Positions 51,525 to 64,000 of a stretch of DNA of 64,000 nucleotides are shown here, piece after piece. The stretch comes from Azolla caroliniana (lineage: Eukaryota; Plantae; Polypodiophyta). Location of the stretch: assembly GCA_043228905.1 (NCBI GenBank), contig JBHGNT010000001.1:1550001-1614000 (forward strand), read 5' to 3'. Made by a program: the position numbers and the translations under genes. The notes under the pieces were generated by a model. It ran no database searches. It was not told the DNA's origin and saw only the letters and a list, made by a program, of their open reading frames with translations. The first letter of the stretch is position 1; the number at the start of each line of letters is the position of its first letter.

Positions 51525-54500
51525 TCAATGACAAGTGATGGGGAGAGGCCGACCACAAAGTCGGGGGTTACCAGCGAAACTAGAGGGAGGGAAGTTCTGC
51601 AAGCCAGAGGGGATGCGTCCAGAGAAGGAATTATGAGAGACATCAAGGAGTTTGAGGAAACGAAGGGTGCCGAGGTTTTGGGGCAAGGCACCGGATAAAG
51701 AGTTGGCGGCGAGGTCGAGGATTCGGAGGCGTCGGAGAAGGCCGACTTGGGGAACGAGGGCGCCCGTGAGGCGATTGTGGGAGAGGTCGATGGTGGGCGC
51801 AACGGCCAGTGTGAAAGCGAAGGACTCGATGAATCCATCTCGGGTGCGTACTATGCCGTCTTGATAATAGGGACCCCCTAATGCCACAAATGGGTCCCCT
51901 GCCCCTGCCCCTGCCCCTGCCCCTCCACCCAACCCATCATCAGTGGCATTCCCAATGGCTTTCAGACCTGCTGCAGCCCTGAATGGAGGTGTACCAACCA
52001 GGCGGTTCCAGGAGAGATCCAGCACCAGCAGTGATGGCAGGTGTGCAAAGAGGCTCTCTGGTATGGCCCCACTGAACTTGTTCCTTGCCAAGTTCAGCAC
52101 TTGGATGTTTGTCCATGAGCTGAAGTCAGGTATCCCTCCCTCCACCTCATTGCCACTAATGTCATACACACTCAATCGGTCCGCGCACTCGGCTATCCAC
52201 GAGGCTCCCTCGAGAGAACCTGCATTCACACAACACGCATTGGCACCACACATGTAGGTTGTTAAATGATGGAAAAGGAATTGAAATCTTTGCATGTACA
52301 TCTGTCATACCTGTAAACTTGTTGTCATTCAAGGTGACAAAGTTGAGCTCCCTTAAGCCATTGGTGCAAGCTTCCCCCAGATCAGGAATGGGGCCTGTAA
52401 ACTGGTTATGATCTAGCTTGATCTTAATAATGAATGAGGAATATGTGAAGAGCTTCGGCGGTATGACCCCGGATAGCTGATTATGTGACAAATCAAGGAA
52501 GCTCAGGAAAGGCGTGGTATCGGGGAAGATGTCGGGTATGGTTCCTGAGAGGTGGTTGTGGGAGAGGTCTAGTGAGTTGTAGAACACAGAAGTGAAGATT
52601 GCATCAGGAAGTCTCCCTGATAGCTTGTTGTGTGAGAGGACGAGATTATTGAGGAATGTGGATCCTGCAGAGAAGTTGGAAGGAATGTTCCCACTGAATT
52701 GGTTGTAGCTGAAATCAAGAGAATTCAGTGAACGCAAGTTGCCCCATTCCTCTGGTATTGGCCCAGTGAAGAGGTTGTGAGAAATGTTGACATAGCTCAC
52801 AGAAAACTCGTTCAGATCGAAGGGGGGCAAAGGCGAAACAAGCTTGTTGTTCGACAAATCAATAAAGAAGATAACTATGAATTCAAAGACCCAAGGAGGG
52901 ATAGTTCCTGCAAATTACCATTCACTAATATATATTATTACTCCAACTTAGCTCTTGGATGAATTTTAACACAAATATGCCATTACATTATTCTGTGCAG
53001 AAAAACCACAAAACTCCGAATCCTGAGAGAGTGACAACCTTCTTCCATTACCTGAGAGCCGATTGTATGCAATATTTAGCTCTTGCACGGTGCCTAAGGG
53101 CTCTGGCAAGTGTCCACTAGGCAATGCGGTTAGCAGATTATTTGAGAGAAGGATAGTCCTAGCATTCCAAAGGGATTTTGGGAAGGTCCCCGTGAGCCGG
53201 TTATTGGCAAGGTTCACTGTCGCCAACGTCAATGCATTGCCCAGATCTGCAGGGATATCACCTCCTAATTTATTGTTTGACAGATCCAAAGTTTCCAGGG
53301 ACAAGTTTGAGAAAGTTGCAGGGATGGGACCTGGCATGTAAAGGGCAAGAAAGAAAAGCATTTGTTTCTTTACAGTTCTTTCTTTGATAGATCATTATAC
53401 TTAAAAAAAGCAATAAAATCATAAAAAAGAAGAAGGAATTAGATCGACTGATTTTGGGGGTACCTGAAAGCTGGTTATTGGAAAGGTTAAGTGTGCTCAA
53501 CTTCCTCTTGGGCTTGGCAAGCTCTGCAGGAATGCTTCCAGACAACTGATTGGAGCCTAAGTTGAGGGTGAGCAGCTTCTTGAGGAGTCCCAAAGACCCA
53601 GGAATGCTACCGGTGAGCGCATTGCCATCTAGATAGAGCTCTCTAAGCTTATTGTTGAGGCCTATCGATTCCGGAATATTGCCAGAAACCGAGGTTCCTC
53701 GAATCCTCAGAACTCGAAGGGACCTCGTGGGGAGCCCTATCCCAGGTGGGATCGTACCACCGAGCTCTTTGTTGGAGGCCAATAGGTTATCGGGCGTATT
53801 CACATCCTCCTGGCCTCCGATTCGGAGCTCCTCTAACCTACCAAGCTGGCCCAAACTCTGTGGAATGCTTCCAGAGAACTTGTTACCACCCAAGTTTAGG
53901 AACTTGAGAGAGCTGAGGCTGCCTATGGAACTTGGAATCGGGCCTGTGAGAAGATTCCCAGTGAGCTTGAGGTTCTCGAGATTCACGAGATTCCCAATCG
54001 AAGCAGGAAGAGGACCTACATACAATATGTTCTCATCCACATGGTTATACTGAAAAAAAAAGGACGCAAAAAAAAAAAAACAGAATGAAGTTGAAGTAGT
54101 GGTTAGCCCAGCATTGAAATTATGAAGAATGATGATGTATTATTATTACCTGTGAACTTGTTGTAAGAGAGATCAAGGTCTACTAGTTTGGTGAGTTTAT
54201 TGCCCAAGCATTGAGGAATAGTGCCATTCAATGCAGCCCCGGAGTCGGAGGGACGCGTTTTCGGGAGGTTGAGCCTCTGCAGATTCGTGAGGCTGCAGAA
54301 GCCGGGTGGAATTGGGCCAGTGATATCGTCATTGGACGAAAGATCCAGGGTTTGGAGGGAATGGATCCGCGACCACTCGGGTGGGAGATGGCCTGAATAT
54401 CCTCCACCAATCAATGCCAATGTCTTGAGATTGGGGAGGACCTTCAGACCGGCGGGGAGAAGGAGAGGGGAGCTGCCATCAGCCGAGGCAAGATTGGATA

Positions 54501-55034
54501 AACTGAGGAGTTCCAAGCTCTGCATTTACATTCATTCATTAGCAATGCTGAACCATGTCTGGATTTTGGTGCGCTAATCATCCTGCCTACTATTGTCTCC
54601 TTCTCTCTAATCTAATCTAATCTATTCTAATGGAACATGAAGGTGGCACTGCTTACAGTGAGTTTGGAAAGAGTGGAGCCGATGATGTCGGAGGAGGAGT
54701 TGCGCAGCTGCAGGGCGCCGCCACGGATGGAGAGGACGAGGCGGAGCACTCGGCCGGAGGAGGGGTCACAAGTGACACCACTCCATTGGCAGCAGGACTT
54801 GGAGATGCTCCAAGTGATGAGCCGCTTCTTAGGGTCAGAGAGGCCAAGCTTGAAGGCCAGGAGGGCATCGCGGTCGGGGACGAAGCATGGGGTGGGGGCT
54901 GCCACCGCCACCGCCTCCACGACCAATTGGCTATGGTGAGAAGAGATATACAAGGACAATGGAGTTAGTGTCACTGAGATGAGGAGCAGGATGAAGAGCT
55001 GAAGAAGAAGAAGAGGAAGAGGAAGAGGAAACAT
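51525..55034 (-). CDS. Secreted leucine-rich-repeat protein (RLP/PGIP-like), ~956 aa, no TM or kinase domain
   Basis: Exons on the minus strand: 55034-54657, 54519-54150, 54015-53464, 53330-53052, 52907-52311, 52219-51525 (GT-AG, in phase). Hydrophobic signal peptide, LRRNT (CFVPDRDALLAFK...W....CCQWSGVTC), many LxxLxLxxNxLxGxIP repeats, an island-like insert, and a C-cap FAGNPRLCGRPLPITCH followed by the stop. Confidence 0.9.
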
Positions 55035-56109
55035 GATTAGTTGATTTGGGCAATTGATTGAGCTAAGCTAGCAAGGAAGGATGAGTGGGGGTTGGGTTTA
55101 TATATGTGCATATGGAGTAATACATACACAATACACACATACACCCCCCCCCCCCCTCCCCACCTCCATCTTTGTGAGATCCAAGGGATTTCATGAAAAG
55201 CATGGTCCTTCTAATTAATGGGCGGGGAAAGTTCAGAGTGCTCTAGGTGTGCATGTGTGTCTCTCTCTAAGCTTGGTCACTCTAATAATTTATGATTGAT
55301 GGGGACAAGTTCCCCCCTCTTCGCCTCTTGAACAAGTAAAGATTACATTTCCATTGCCAAAGATGATGACAACAGATGCCACATATCATTGAAAATAATG
55401 TCATATGGCATTTCCAGTTTCATAGTTGGATGCTTCATCATTTACCATGATTCGTGACTTCCATGCTTGTTTGGATAGAGATCACCCTTTTTTCAATCTA
55501 AAAGATAACATTGTTTACTTCAAAGCCAAGGGAGCCATTATTGTCTTTGGTAATATATAAGTGCCCACACAATAATTGTCAACATCACACACAACAATAT
55601 TTAATGATACAAGACGATACATATATGATATATGTATTTTTGTTCTTCTATGGATGTAAAAGATTTGGATCAATGGAAAATTGCTTCCATAAATGCGCAA
55701 TAAAGTCAAAAAGTTTAATGGAAATGAAAAAAAAAAAAGTTTAATGGAAATGGTATGAATTTACGGATGGCCAAAATGGTTTTACATGTTGAAAATTGGA
55801 AAGAAACTTAAGGAAGTTCTATCAAGGATCTTAATACAACTTAGTGGAGATAAAAAGAAGCTATGTGTGTGGTCATATTTATATGTGGATGTGAAAGGAA
55901 TGGTAGAGAGAGAGAGAGATAGATTATATTATTGTCTTCGGAGGTCAAATATGACCTATGAGCCCAAAAATATTACATTTCATGTGATACGTGTGAAAGT
56001 GAGTAGAGACTCTCGATGTTCAAGAACTTTACCAATGAATGTTGCAATCGAGAGTGCACATTGTGGTTGGGAGAGAAATTCGTGCAAGAATTGGGCTCAG
56101 TCGAAGAGA

Positions 56110-56443
56110 TGTGGAAAGCATGGTCGAATATGATCAAAGGCAGAGCATTGTATCAAAAGTGTGATACTCAGACTCACGAACTTGTTTAGGGCAAAGTATG
56201 CATAGCCGACCACTCTCATCACTTGTGCCCCAACGCCCTATCTCACATTGCAATCCATGTGAGCTGAGTCGCATGAAAGCAATGGTTCGAATGGCAAATA
56301 AAGGGATGGGCTCTAACATGTATCGATATGTACGGTTTCCCCGTTCCGCAAAGAATATGGTTTTGTAGTTAGGTGCAACATGTGTAGTATAATGTGTGAA
56401 GCGTGAGCCTCCACATTTGTCCCATGTCATGATACATTGGTGT
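56110..56443 (-). mobile_element. RTEX-like LINE C-terminal relic (host of the 56444-58435 insertion; probably continues at ~58436-58500)
   Basis: FMRLSSHGLQCEIGRWG...RLCILCPKQVRESEYH Zn-knuckle region. Confidence 0.7.
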
Positions 56444-58435
56444 TGAGAGAGAGAGAAAGATGAAAGAAAGAAAGACATATTAACGTCTTCTAAGGCCAAA
56501 TTGGCCCATGAGACAAATGGTTTACAACAAATAATGGGATATTTACCTATTCATCGAAAGCAAAAAATAAAAATTAAGATAGAGTTTTAAGCTAAATAGT
56601 TCTAGTAAAATAACAAACATGTTCTACAACGAAAATGATGTTATACTAAGCCTAATTTCATTTCCATCCAAGTCTCTCGAAGAGAAGCAGGAGGTCAAAG
56701 GGTTTCGATGTGGATGTGGCCCGTGGCCCCAATATAAAAGGTACCCCAACCATAGCTTATAGTCGACGTAGCTCACTTTCCCTTATCTTCTTAATCCTTT
56801 CTACTCCGTGTCGACTTGTTTTGAAGCCCATCCTCCGAGGGCGTTTGGTTGTTCTTTGCGTTTCGGCTTCCTCAAGAGAGAGGCCGAGCGGCGTAAGTGT
56901 ATCCACATTCATTGTCTGCCCTTGTTCCTAAAAAATTACACTAATTACAAGGTGATAAATAGTAAAAGGGTTATGGGTAACACTTTGTAATTTATTCTCC
57001 CTATGTTGTTTTAGCTCTAAGATATACCTACCTAGGTTCTTTACATTCGGGGTATCTAATACTTTGGAGAGGGTGGGAGAGGGTCCTAATATGTCTTGGT
57101 ATTCCACTCGTATCTCGGCATAAGTTGGGCACTTGCATGTGAAGTGATACTCATCCTCTATCTCTATGTGGCAGAACCTACATAGCCTTTCCTCCCTAGG
57201 GCCTCTATTAGCCTGACCATTCTCAATCTCAAGTTGGTGAGACAATATCCTAAGTTGTCCAATGGCAACCCTTAGTGCATTTGATAAGAATAAATCTAGA
57301 TATCTTGGTCGTGTAATAAAACCTAACTGAGAGAAGTGCAAGAAGTGTTCCTTATAGTACAACATGTTAGATGGAGTGGCTCTCGTGGGGTGATCCATTT
57401 ATATTGAGTGTAAATTTGCCATATTTCTTGGCTTATCACTTTATTACGGTCTTCATGAGATATTAGAGTTTGATCAGTCCCATGATTGTACTTAAGGGGG
57501 GATAGGTTATTAATGTCTATGTCATTTGCAAGTAACCAACTCACCACAATGCCATACCAAGAGCTAGTGTCTCTAGACGCATGTAGGGATCGAGATGCCT
57601 CAAAGGCTCGACGGGATATCCTATTTTGTGGTTGGCTATGTATCCGATGAATAAAAACTACCACTTGAAACAATGCTTCTACTAACATCGGGGGCATACT
57701 AAACTCTGCTCTAATAATGTCATGTGGTACTGTTGATTTGCTTCAGAGTTGATGTGATAACATCGTCACCAAAGGTCTCTCTAATTGCGTCCACATGAAA
57801 GATGGTAGACCTTGAACCCATACTACTGATGCATACATGAGGGAAGGGGTCACTAATGAGTCGAAGAGCCATCCCTTAGTCCGTGGCTCTTGAAAGTATG
57901 CATGGTGGCATTGTCTCTCTAAGAGTGAGAGGGATGCATACCCTCTCGTTAGCCTATCTTTGGTTCCCTGGGTCATAGAGAATTTACTTGAGCGAGCACT
58001 AAAAGTGACTCCCAAGTATACATATGATCCAACTACCTCAACTAGTTTATGAGAGAGGGTTAGGTGACATTTACTCCTAACTTGGGACGATGTATGAAAG
58101 ATAAGGACTTTAGTTTTCGTTAGATTCACTACCAGTCCTCGTTGTGTACAAATGTCATCTAGGGCATTAAGATGCTTTTGTAGGTCGTGTTCTGACTCCG
58201 AGAGCAAGACAATGTCGTCTGCGTAGAGTAAGAGACAAACTTGTGTATCCCCAATAACTACTCCCTTACCTCCCTTACGAGCAATAAAATCAGTGATCTC
58301 ATCAATGTAGATCCCAAAAAGAGTCAATGATAGGGGGCAACCCTGTTTTACACCAATGGTGCTAGTGAAACAATCAGATAGGCCACATGGGCATCTTACG
58401 CACCCAGAGACTTGCTCATATAGGATGTAGACCAC
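56444..58435 (-). mobile_element. 5'-truncated RTEX-like LINE (~2 kb) with TSD
   Basis: RT motifs IGVKQGCPLS, LLYADDIVLL and VNLTKTKVLIF. Zn knuckle LRILSHQLEIENG..ERLCRFCHIEIEDEYHFTCKCPTY. 3' hairpin GGGCCAATTTGGCC and a (TTTC)n(TC)n tail. Flanked by TTGGTGT at 56437-56443 and 58436-58442. Confidence 0.88.
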
Positions 58436-58593
58436 TTGGTGTGGTTGTCCAATAGAGACAAGAAGGTTGTGTGTTCATCTCCTACATTCCACAATTGCAC
58501 CTATAAAATTAAGGGGTAAAAATAGGTGTGATAGTTGAGCCTTGAACCCCAAGCCTTAAAGTTGGTAATTTAACAACTTTCTTCGATGAATAT

Positions 58594-58595
<2 letters not shown>

Positions 58596-58666
<71 letters not shown>
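58596..58666. repeat. Compound (CT)n(CA)n microsatellite
   Basis: Direct reading. Confidence 0.95.
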
Positions 58667-58669
<3 letters not shown>

Positions 58670-59799
58670 GGTTAAACTTTAACTTATGCCCCTTCGACAT
58701 CACTATGGTGTATATCACCCATAGGATGAGCTTGATATTCATATCCTCCACTCAATTTTAGTAGATCAAATGGGCATGTGCGAAGGAACTTTGAAAATTG
58801 TCTCGACTTTTCCATCCAATTGCCTTACTAAATATTTGATATTTGATGAACAATGTCAACATATTGGATATCTTTGTCTTGTGTAACAATCTTTAATCGA
58901 ATATAATGTTAGTGTCATATGCTTGATGTACAAACAAAACGTTAGACTCTACACCAATTGAATACTATTGAGATCATTACAAAAGATTTGCAATATTTAT
59001 TTGATATAGAAATAGAGATCCTTGAGGCTTCAATACCTACTTAGGACATATGCCTTCACGACTGACAACCATAATGCCCATATAAGAGGCAACTTCTTTC
59101 TACAATGTCCAACGTAGACCATTGATTCAATTTGATATGGTTGGATGTTAAGGGAAATAATGTTATATTGTAGTCACATGTTCCCCTCTTAAGAATAGGT
59201 GATCAATGTATAAATCAACATGAATAATATGCACTAAGCTTGATAAAAAATCCAAGCGCTTTCTCCTTTCAAATGTGCGTAGGGGTGTCCAAAAAACAAT
59301 TGTCTTCAAAACTCCTGCACTTCAAGAGAGAAAAGACAAAACTCAAGATTATTGAGGCTCAAATTCAGCATTTAAGTAGTTGTCCATATGCACGATTACC
59401 AAATAGCACTCGTGCATGACAAATAAGTGGCAAGGATGCATAAGAGAAGAAGTGTTGTATGTAGAGAAGATCTCGACGTAGTCAAAATATTTAGATTTTA
59501 GCCATCAACAAATCTTTTACATCTTTGTCTCTAATAGAATTCCATCTCCTTATTTTCTCTGTTCAATTTTGAAGCAAATCAATCACATTTCATGAGCAAC
59601 AATTACTTCATTTAATCTTAATTGCTTGTGAAGATTTATTACTTAGGACATTTGATTGATGATAAGGGTAAGGATGAGTAAAGAAAGCCCAACTTTGGTT
59701 GATTCTTGGGTAATGTCTTAAAACTTCATCATTCCTTGGTTTTGTTAGTTTTCTATGAAAATCTCCTTGTAACTTTTGACAATTGACCACACTTTTTAC

Positions 59800-60960
59800 T
59801 AATATTTCTAAAGGTCAAATGCGTAAATCAATTCCCTAGAATGATAACCTACCAGAATTGTTTAAATACCATTCTCTAGAAATATGTCTCAATTTATCCT
59901 ACAATTATCTTGCATGAAACATTTAAAAACCTTTGATGTTGAAACCAATTTTAGAGATTATTCATATGCCTTTGCTTTTTGATTTTGAGTGCGGTAAACT
60001 TATTTCTATTCAACGTGAACATTAATCTCAAGAGAAAGAACTATATTAGTTCATTCATTCACTTCAAACTTGGCTACATTACTTACATGGGAATCATTTT
60101 GTGGTCATTATTGATTATAAAAAATTTTGAAATAAAGAAAACCGATTTTTCCATCTATTATTACAAGGTCCAATGAAGATAATTGTTAACAATCTCCTTA
60201 AAAGATAATAAAGGAAAACTAAATCTTATAAAGATACCATTAAGATCCTTACATCCTCAAATTTTATCTTTCATTTTTCTAATGGCATGTTCTACTATAT
60301 TGGGAGGGTTTGTGCTCTAGTTCTTTGTACGGTCAAAAGTTGTTTTTTTAATCCCATGATATGCCTTTACCTAGGCACCTCAAAATACATTGAGCACTCA
60401 TTCTAATCTCTAAAAAATATATGTAACCTAAATTGTGCCATGATGTAATTGAATGTTTGTGATGCTAGATCAATACAGTTGAGCAACTCAAAGTCACATA
60501 TCTTTTACATTGATTAGAAATTCTTAATGATAAATGGGAGAGTCTCTCTTTGGATCTTATTGTTGGTCTATTTCAAATACAGAGAGGTGACTTCATGTAG
60601 GTATATGTTTAAGGCTACAAGGAAAATTACCCAAATTTATTCCAAGCAAAACCATGATAATAACTCGTGTGATTATTTACATATTACGATTTTACAAGTT
60701 ACATATGAATACAATTGTTTACTAGTGAATTTGGACTAAATTCATTAAAATATTGGAAACTACATTGAGTAGGAGATCCTTAGATCATGCTCAATGTGAT
60801 GGTCAAATTGAACAAGTCAATTGGATTGGTAAGGATATGCTTCAAACCTATATCACAAAGAATGCAACAGACTGGCAATCATATCCCCTTTAATTAGAGT
60901 TTGCATATAATAGCTTTAAACATACATCATGTATATTATATTTTATAATAATATATGACT
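59800..60960 (+). mobile_element. Degenerate Ty3/gypsy pol (integrase) relic
   Basis: Traces HDMPLPRH (Zn finger), KWESLSLDLIVGL (W..ISMDFI.GLP-like), HAQCDGQIEQVNWIGKDMLQTY (HPQTDGQTERVN-like) and LEFAYNS. No long ORF. Confidence 0.7.
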
Positions 60961-61495
60961 TTTCGGCATGAGCCTTAGCTATGAACCCCAATTGATGTTA
61001 ATTTTCATGAGATAAATTAGAGCACACAGTTCTTGAGGACTTTTTGGAAAAAAGAAAAAGAGTTCTTGAGGACATGCAAGAAATGTCGGGTGAAACTCTT
61101 CAAGATTCATATTAGGCCTCAACTTTTTATGCTTATCATACATGTGTCTGAAATTCGAAAACATTATTTACATGCAAGTGTGTTGAATCAACAATATGGT
61201 GTTGTAGACCTTTTGGTTCATTTTCTTATCATCTCAACCTTCTCATTTTTATTGAAGTATTATAGAAGTGTGAGAAGGTTGTTTTCAAGATGCCAGCAAG
61301 TCAATACAAAAACAAAGAAAGTAGGAGAGTAGTACATACAAAGAATAACCTTATGTTTATGGTAGAGTACAATGAAATTATACACATGCACAAACTATTT
61401 TGCAAATTCACTTGGTCAACAGTGATGCAGGAAAGTGTTTTTTCAACACCCAGTAGTGCATTATTAATACATGTAAGAGACAACAGAATATTCTA

Positions 61496-62459
61496 TCACA
61501 AGACAGAAAATGTATTGGATGTCCCAACAAAGTGATGGATGGAACCGAAAAGTTTCTTTGCTGCACCAAAATGCCTTATCCTGTATAGGCCTGGAGTAGC
61601 TGTGTCAGGAATCTCCCACATTATAGTGGCATAACTATGAGGACTTTTTGCAGAAGGCCTAGTCCACATGAAACGGAGGCACAAGTCATCATCATCATAA
61701 GCAGGAGTCCACTTCCCATTGGTATCAACAAGCTCTACAAGAGCAAAGGTGCCATTGGTGAACAAATCATTACGTGGACAAGCAGACCGAAACTTCGCGG
61801 TCACAATATCCCCCCTGTGATACGTGCTATTCAGAGGAATGTCTTCCGTTGGATCTCCAAAGGTTGTCCCAGAAGCAGTACTGTCTATTACAACTCCGGG
61901 AAGTAACTCCAACTGTTTATTCAGTAGTTGTGGTGGTTGTGGACCTGCCTCCACTTGTTCATCTTTTGCCAAGGCCCTTGCAAGCTTTCTAAATTCTTGA
62001 ATATACGCACTAAGCGTATGTGGTCCAAACAAAGTTGAGGCCCCCTATCCAAACATGTACTTCAGCAGTGTGAGATGGAGACGATATTATATGATTATAG
62101 AGTAAGTAAAGTGTGTACCTCATATCGTTGCACCTCATACTCTTCGAATGTAGTCACATACTGGGAGTATGCATTGGTCAGTCCTGCTATAACAACAGTG
62201 GTATCCTCTCCAAACTCATCATTGCCTTCACTGATAAGTGTTGCTTTTACAATCTCCCGTAAACGTCTTCCGGCCATAGTTGTGAACTCTACAGTCAACC
62301 CCAGTGACAAAACCTCATTCTTAGAGCTTAAGCCGACTCATTTTTCCATTAGTGAACCAACAGCATAAAATTCCAAGCAATTTCATACCTCCAGGGACTG
62401 ACAAAATGACAAGTTGCCCAATCCTCAAGATTTGTATTGGAAGAATGGAGGGCTGCATA

Positions 62460-62509
<50 letters not shown>

Positions 62510-63724
62510 GACAAGCTTAATGAGCCTACTCTAAGCACCATTCATACACAATCAGAAACTAGCGACTAAACCAAATCAATGCACAATCAATAGCTTATAA
62601 TAGCTGGAAACAAAACCAGAAGGAAATATGCTTACTGCCCACTCATATGGCTGTGTCATTTCTCCAGTGTCGATGAGAACTGGCTTTGGTTTCTGGCATT
62701 CGATCTGTTTCTTACTAGGGGGTTTTAATGCAGCTCCAACAATCTTCCAAAACGCATTCCCCTGGGCATTATGCTCATAACAGTTTAAGCATGCCAATTA
62801 ACCCAATCATATTGAAGCTGTCAAAATATAAGGAAATAACATAGCCAACTAACTTTATTATCTCCTTGTTTGAAATCGAAAGCTCCAGGACCATCTGTTG
62901 TGCCAGCTGCAAAGCTGAATCCCACAGCTGCAGGGCATGTATGTACTTTTTCTCCATTTGGCATATTTACTTCAAGGTTAGACATGTCCAAATGTGTATG
63001 GCGAAACGCTACTCTACCAATAACCCCATCTTTTGCAGAATCAAAAAGTGAAGCCGCCTTCTTAAATTGTCGATCCCCAATAATCTTTGTGCTTGCGAAT
63101 TCATCAGGGTACCTGTCAATTGTTTCTTTAATCTTCAAGATACTGATTACAATAAAAACTAGGTAACGCCATGCATTGTACAGAAGTATTGAAACACATT
63201 AAAGAATAAAGGGCATTTTGCAAATAGGACAACCAGACATTATGCTGAAATGTCTTTACAATTAAGCAAGATCAACATTAATAGAGATGCATATGATTAC
63301 ACAATTTGATACAATTAAGCAATTATTTCAGGAAGTCTTAAGTGTTTTAGCGTCAAAATTATATAATATTCAATGTAACAGAGAGACATGCAGTTCTGTA
63401 ATTTACTATCCCAACAGGTATACTTTTCTAGAAAATTGAAGTTAAAACAAAGCAGTAAATAAATGGAGAGAAACAAGCTTACGCAGGGCCCAAACCAATG
63501 CAAAGTTCATTTCTTCCACCACAGGTACTATGATTGAAGTCGCAAGAAATTCCTGTATCCAGACAAACTGCACCCTGAACATTTGGAGATGTGTCTCCTA
63601 CATTTGATTGACAAAATGCTGCTATAAACCGTGGCTTCAACAAATTATCGAGTAGTCTCCGAACACGAGGCATAATTTTAGAATTGCCAAAATTTCCAAG
63701 CCTCACAAAAGGATCCCATTTCAC
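61496..63724 (-). CDS. Neutral ceramidase, 3' part; 5' exons lie outside the window
   Basis: Exons on the minus strand: ~63724-63483, 63112-62854, 62761-62636, 62452-62389, 62288-62119, 62044-61496. Motifs AAFCQSNVGDTSPN (catalytic Ser region), TCPAAVGFSFAAGTTDGPGAFDFKQG, CQKPKPVLIDTG, VPGEFTTMAGRRLR, GLTNAYSQYVTTFEEYEVQRYEGASTLFGPHTLSAYIQEF and PGLYRIRHFG. Confidence 0.95.
62460..62508. repeat. (CT)n microsatellite in a ceramidase intron
   Basis: Direct reading. Confidence 0.9.
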
Positions 63725-64000
63725 TGTATCTATCATAAAATAATATATACAATTTTAGAATCACTCTCATCTTAAAAAAAAGGATGCAGTCATACATGTA
63801 AATTTTTTCTAGAAAATACACGATAAATTTCTAGAAATATGCTGAATCATTCATGGTTTAGGAATGGTCTCCTAACATGCGCTCTCCTAATACTACGCTA
63901 ATCGACTAGAAGATTATGGTCTGGCGTGAACTCCAAATAAGTAGTCCCAGGAACTCGAAATTGTCTTCACAACCTCTGCTTTAATTGTGATTTAATCAAC

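Noticed and set aside
664-63724. The six genes as a functional cluster or novel pathway
   Set aside because: Unrelated functions, mixed orientations, ordinary eukaryotic neighbourhood; no evidence of a shared system.

Overview
Eukaryotic land-plant genomic DNA with AT-rich, TE-filled introns. A fern-like genome is my inference from intron size, RTEX-type LINEs and protein divergence. I assembled six spliced protein-coding genes by hand from splice sites and reading phase: the 3' part of an organellar threonyl-tRNA synthetase (+), a 20-21-exon TEX10/IPI1 rixosome homolog (-), a MAM33/C1QBP mitochondrial glycoprotein (+), the m6A-writer subunit FIP37/WTAP (-), a ~956-aa secreted LRR protein with no transmembrane or kinase domain (-), and the 3' part of a neutral ceramidase (-). 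Mobile DNA includes a very young full-length Ty1/copia element (15439-21120, 5-bp TSD, one CAG>TAG lesion) nested in a LINE remnant in TEX10 intron 6, about a dozen fragments of an RTEX-like LINE family, a hAT MITE, and old copia/gypsy relics. I found no clear novel multi-gene system. The most unusual signals are: (i) a PCNA-interacting (PIP-box-like) motif QRTITxFF in a C-terminal extension of the LINE ORF2, seen in several copies; (ii) a conserved LINE 3' stem-loop plus (TTTC)n tail with repeated LINE-into-LINE insertion; (iii) strong CCGG enrichment of the copia element and an LTR array of short palindromes with paired changes; (iv) the membrane-anchor-less RLP-like LRR protein. All coordinates and counts were read by eye and may be off by a few bases.
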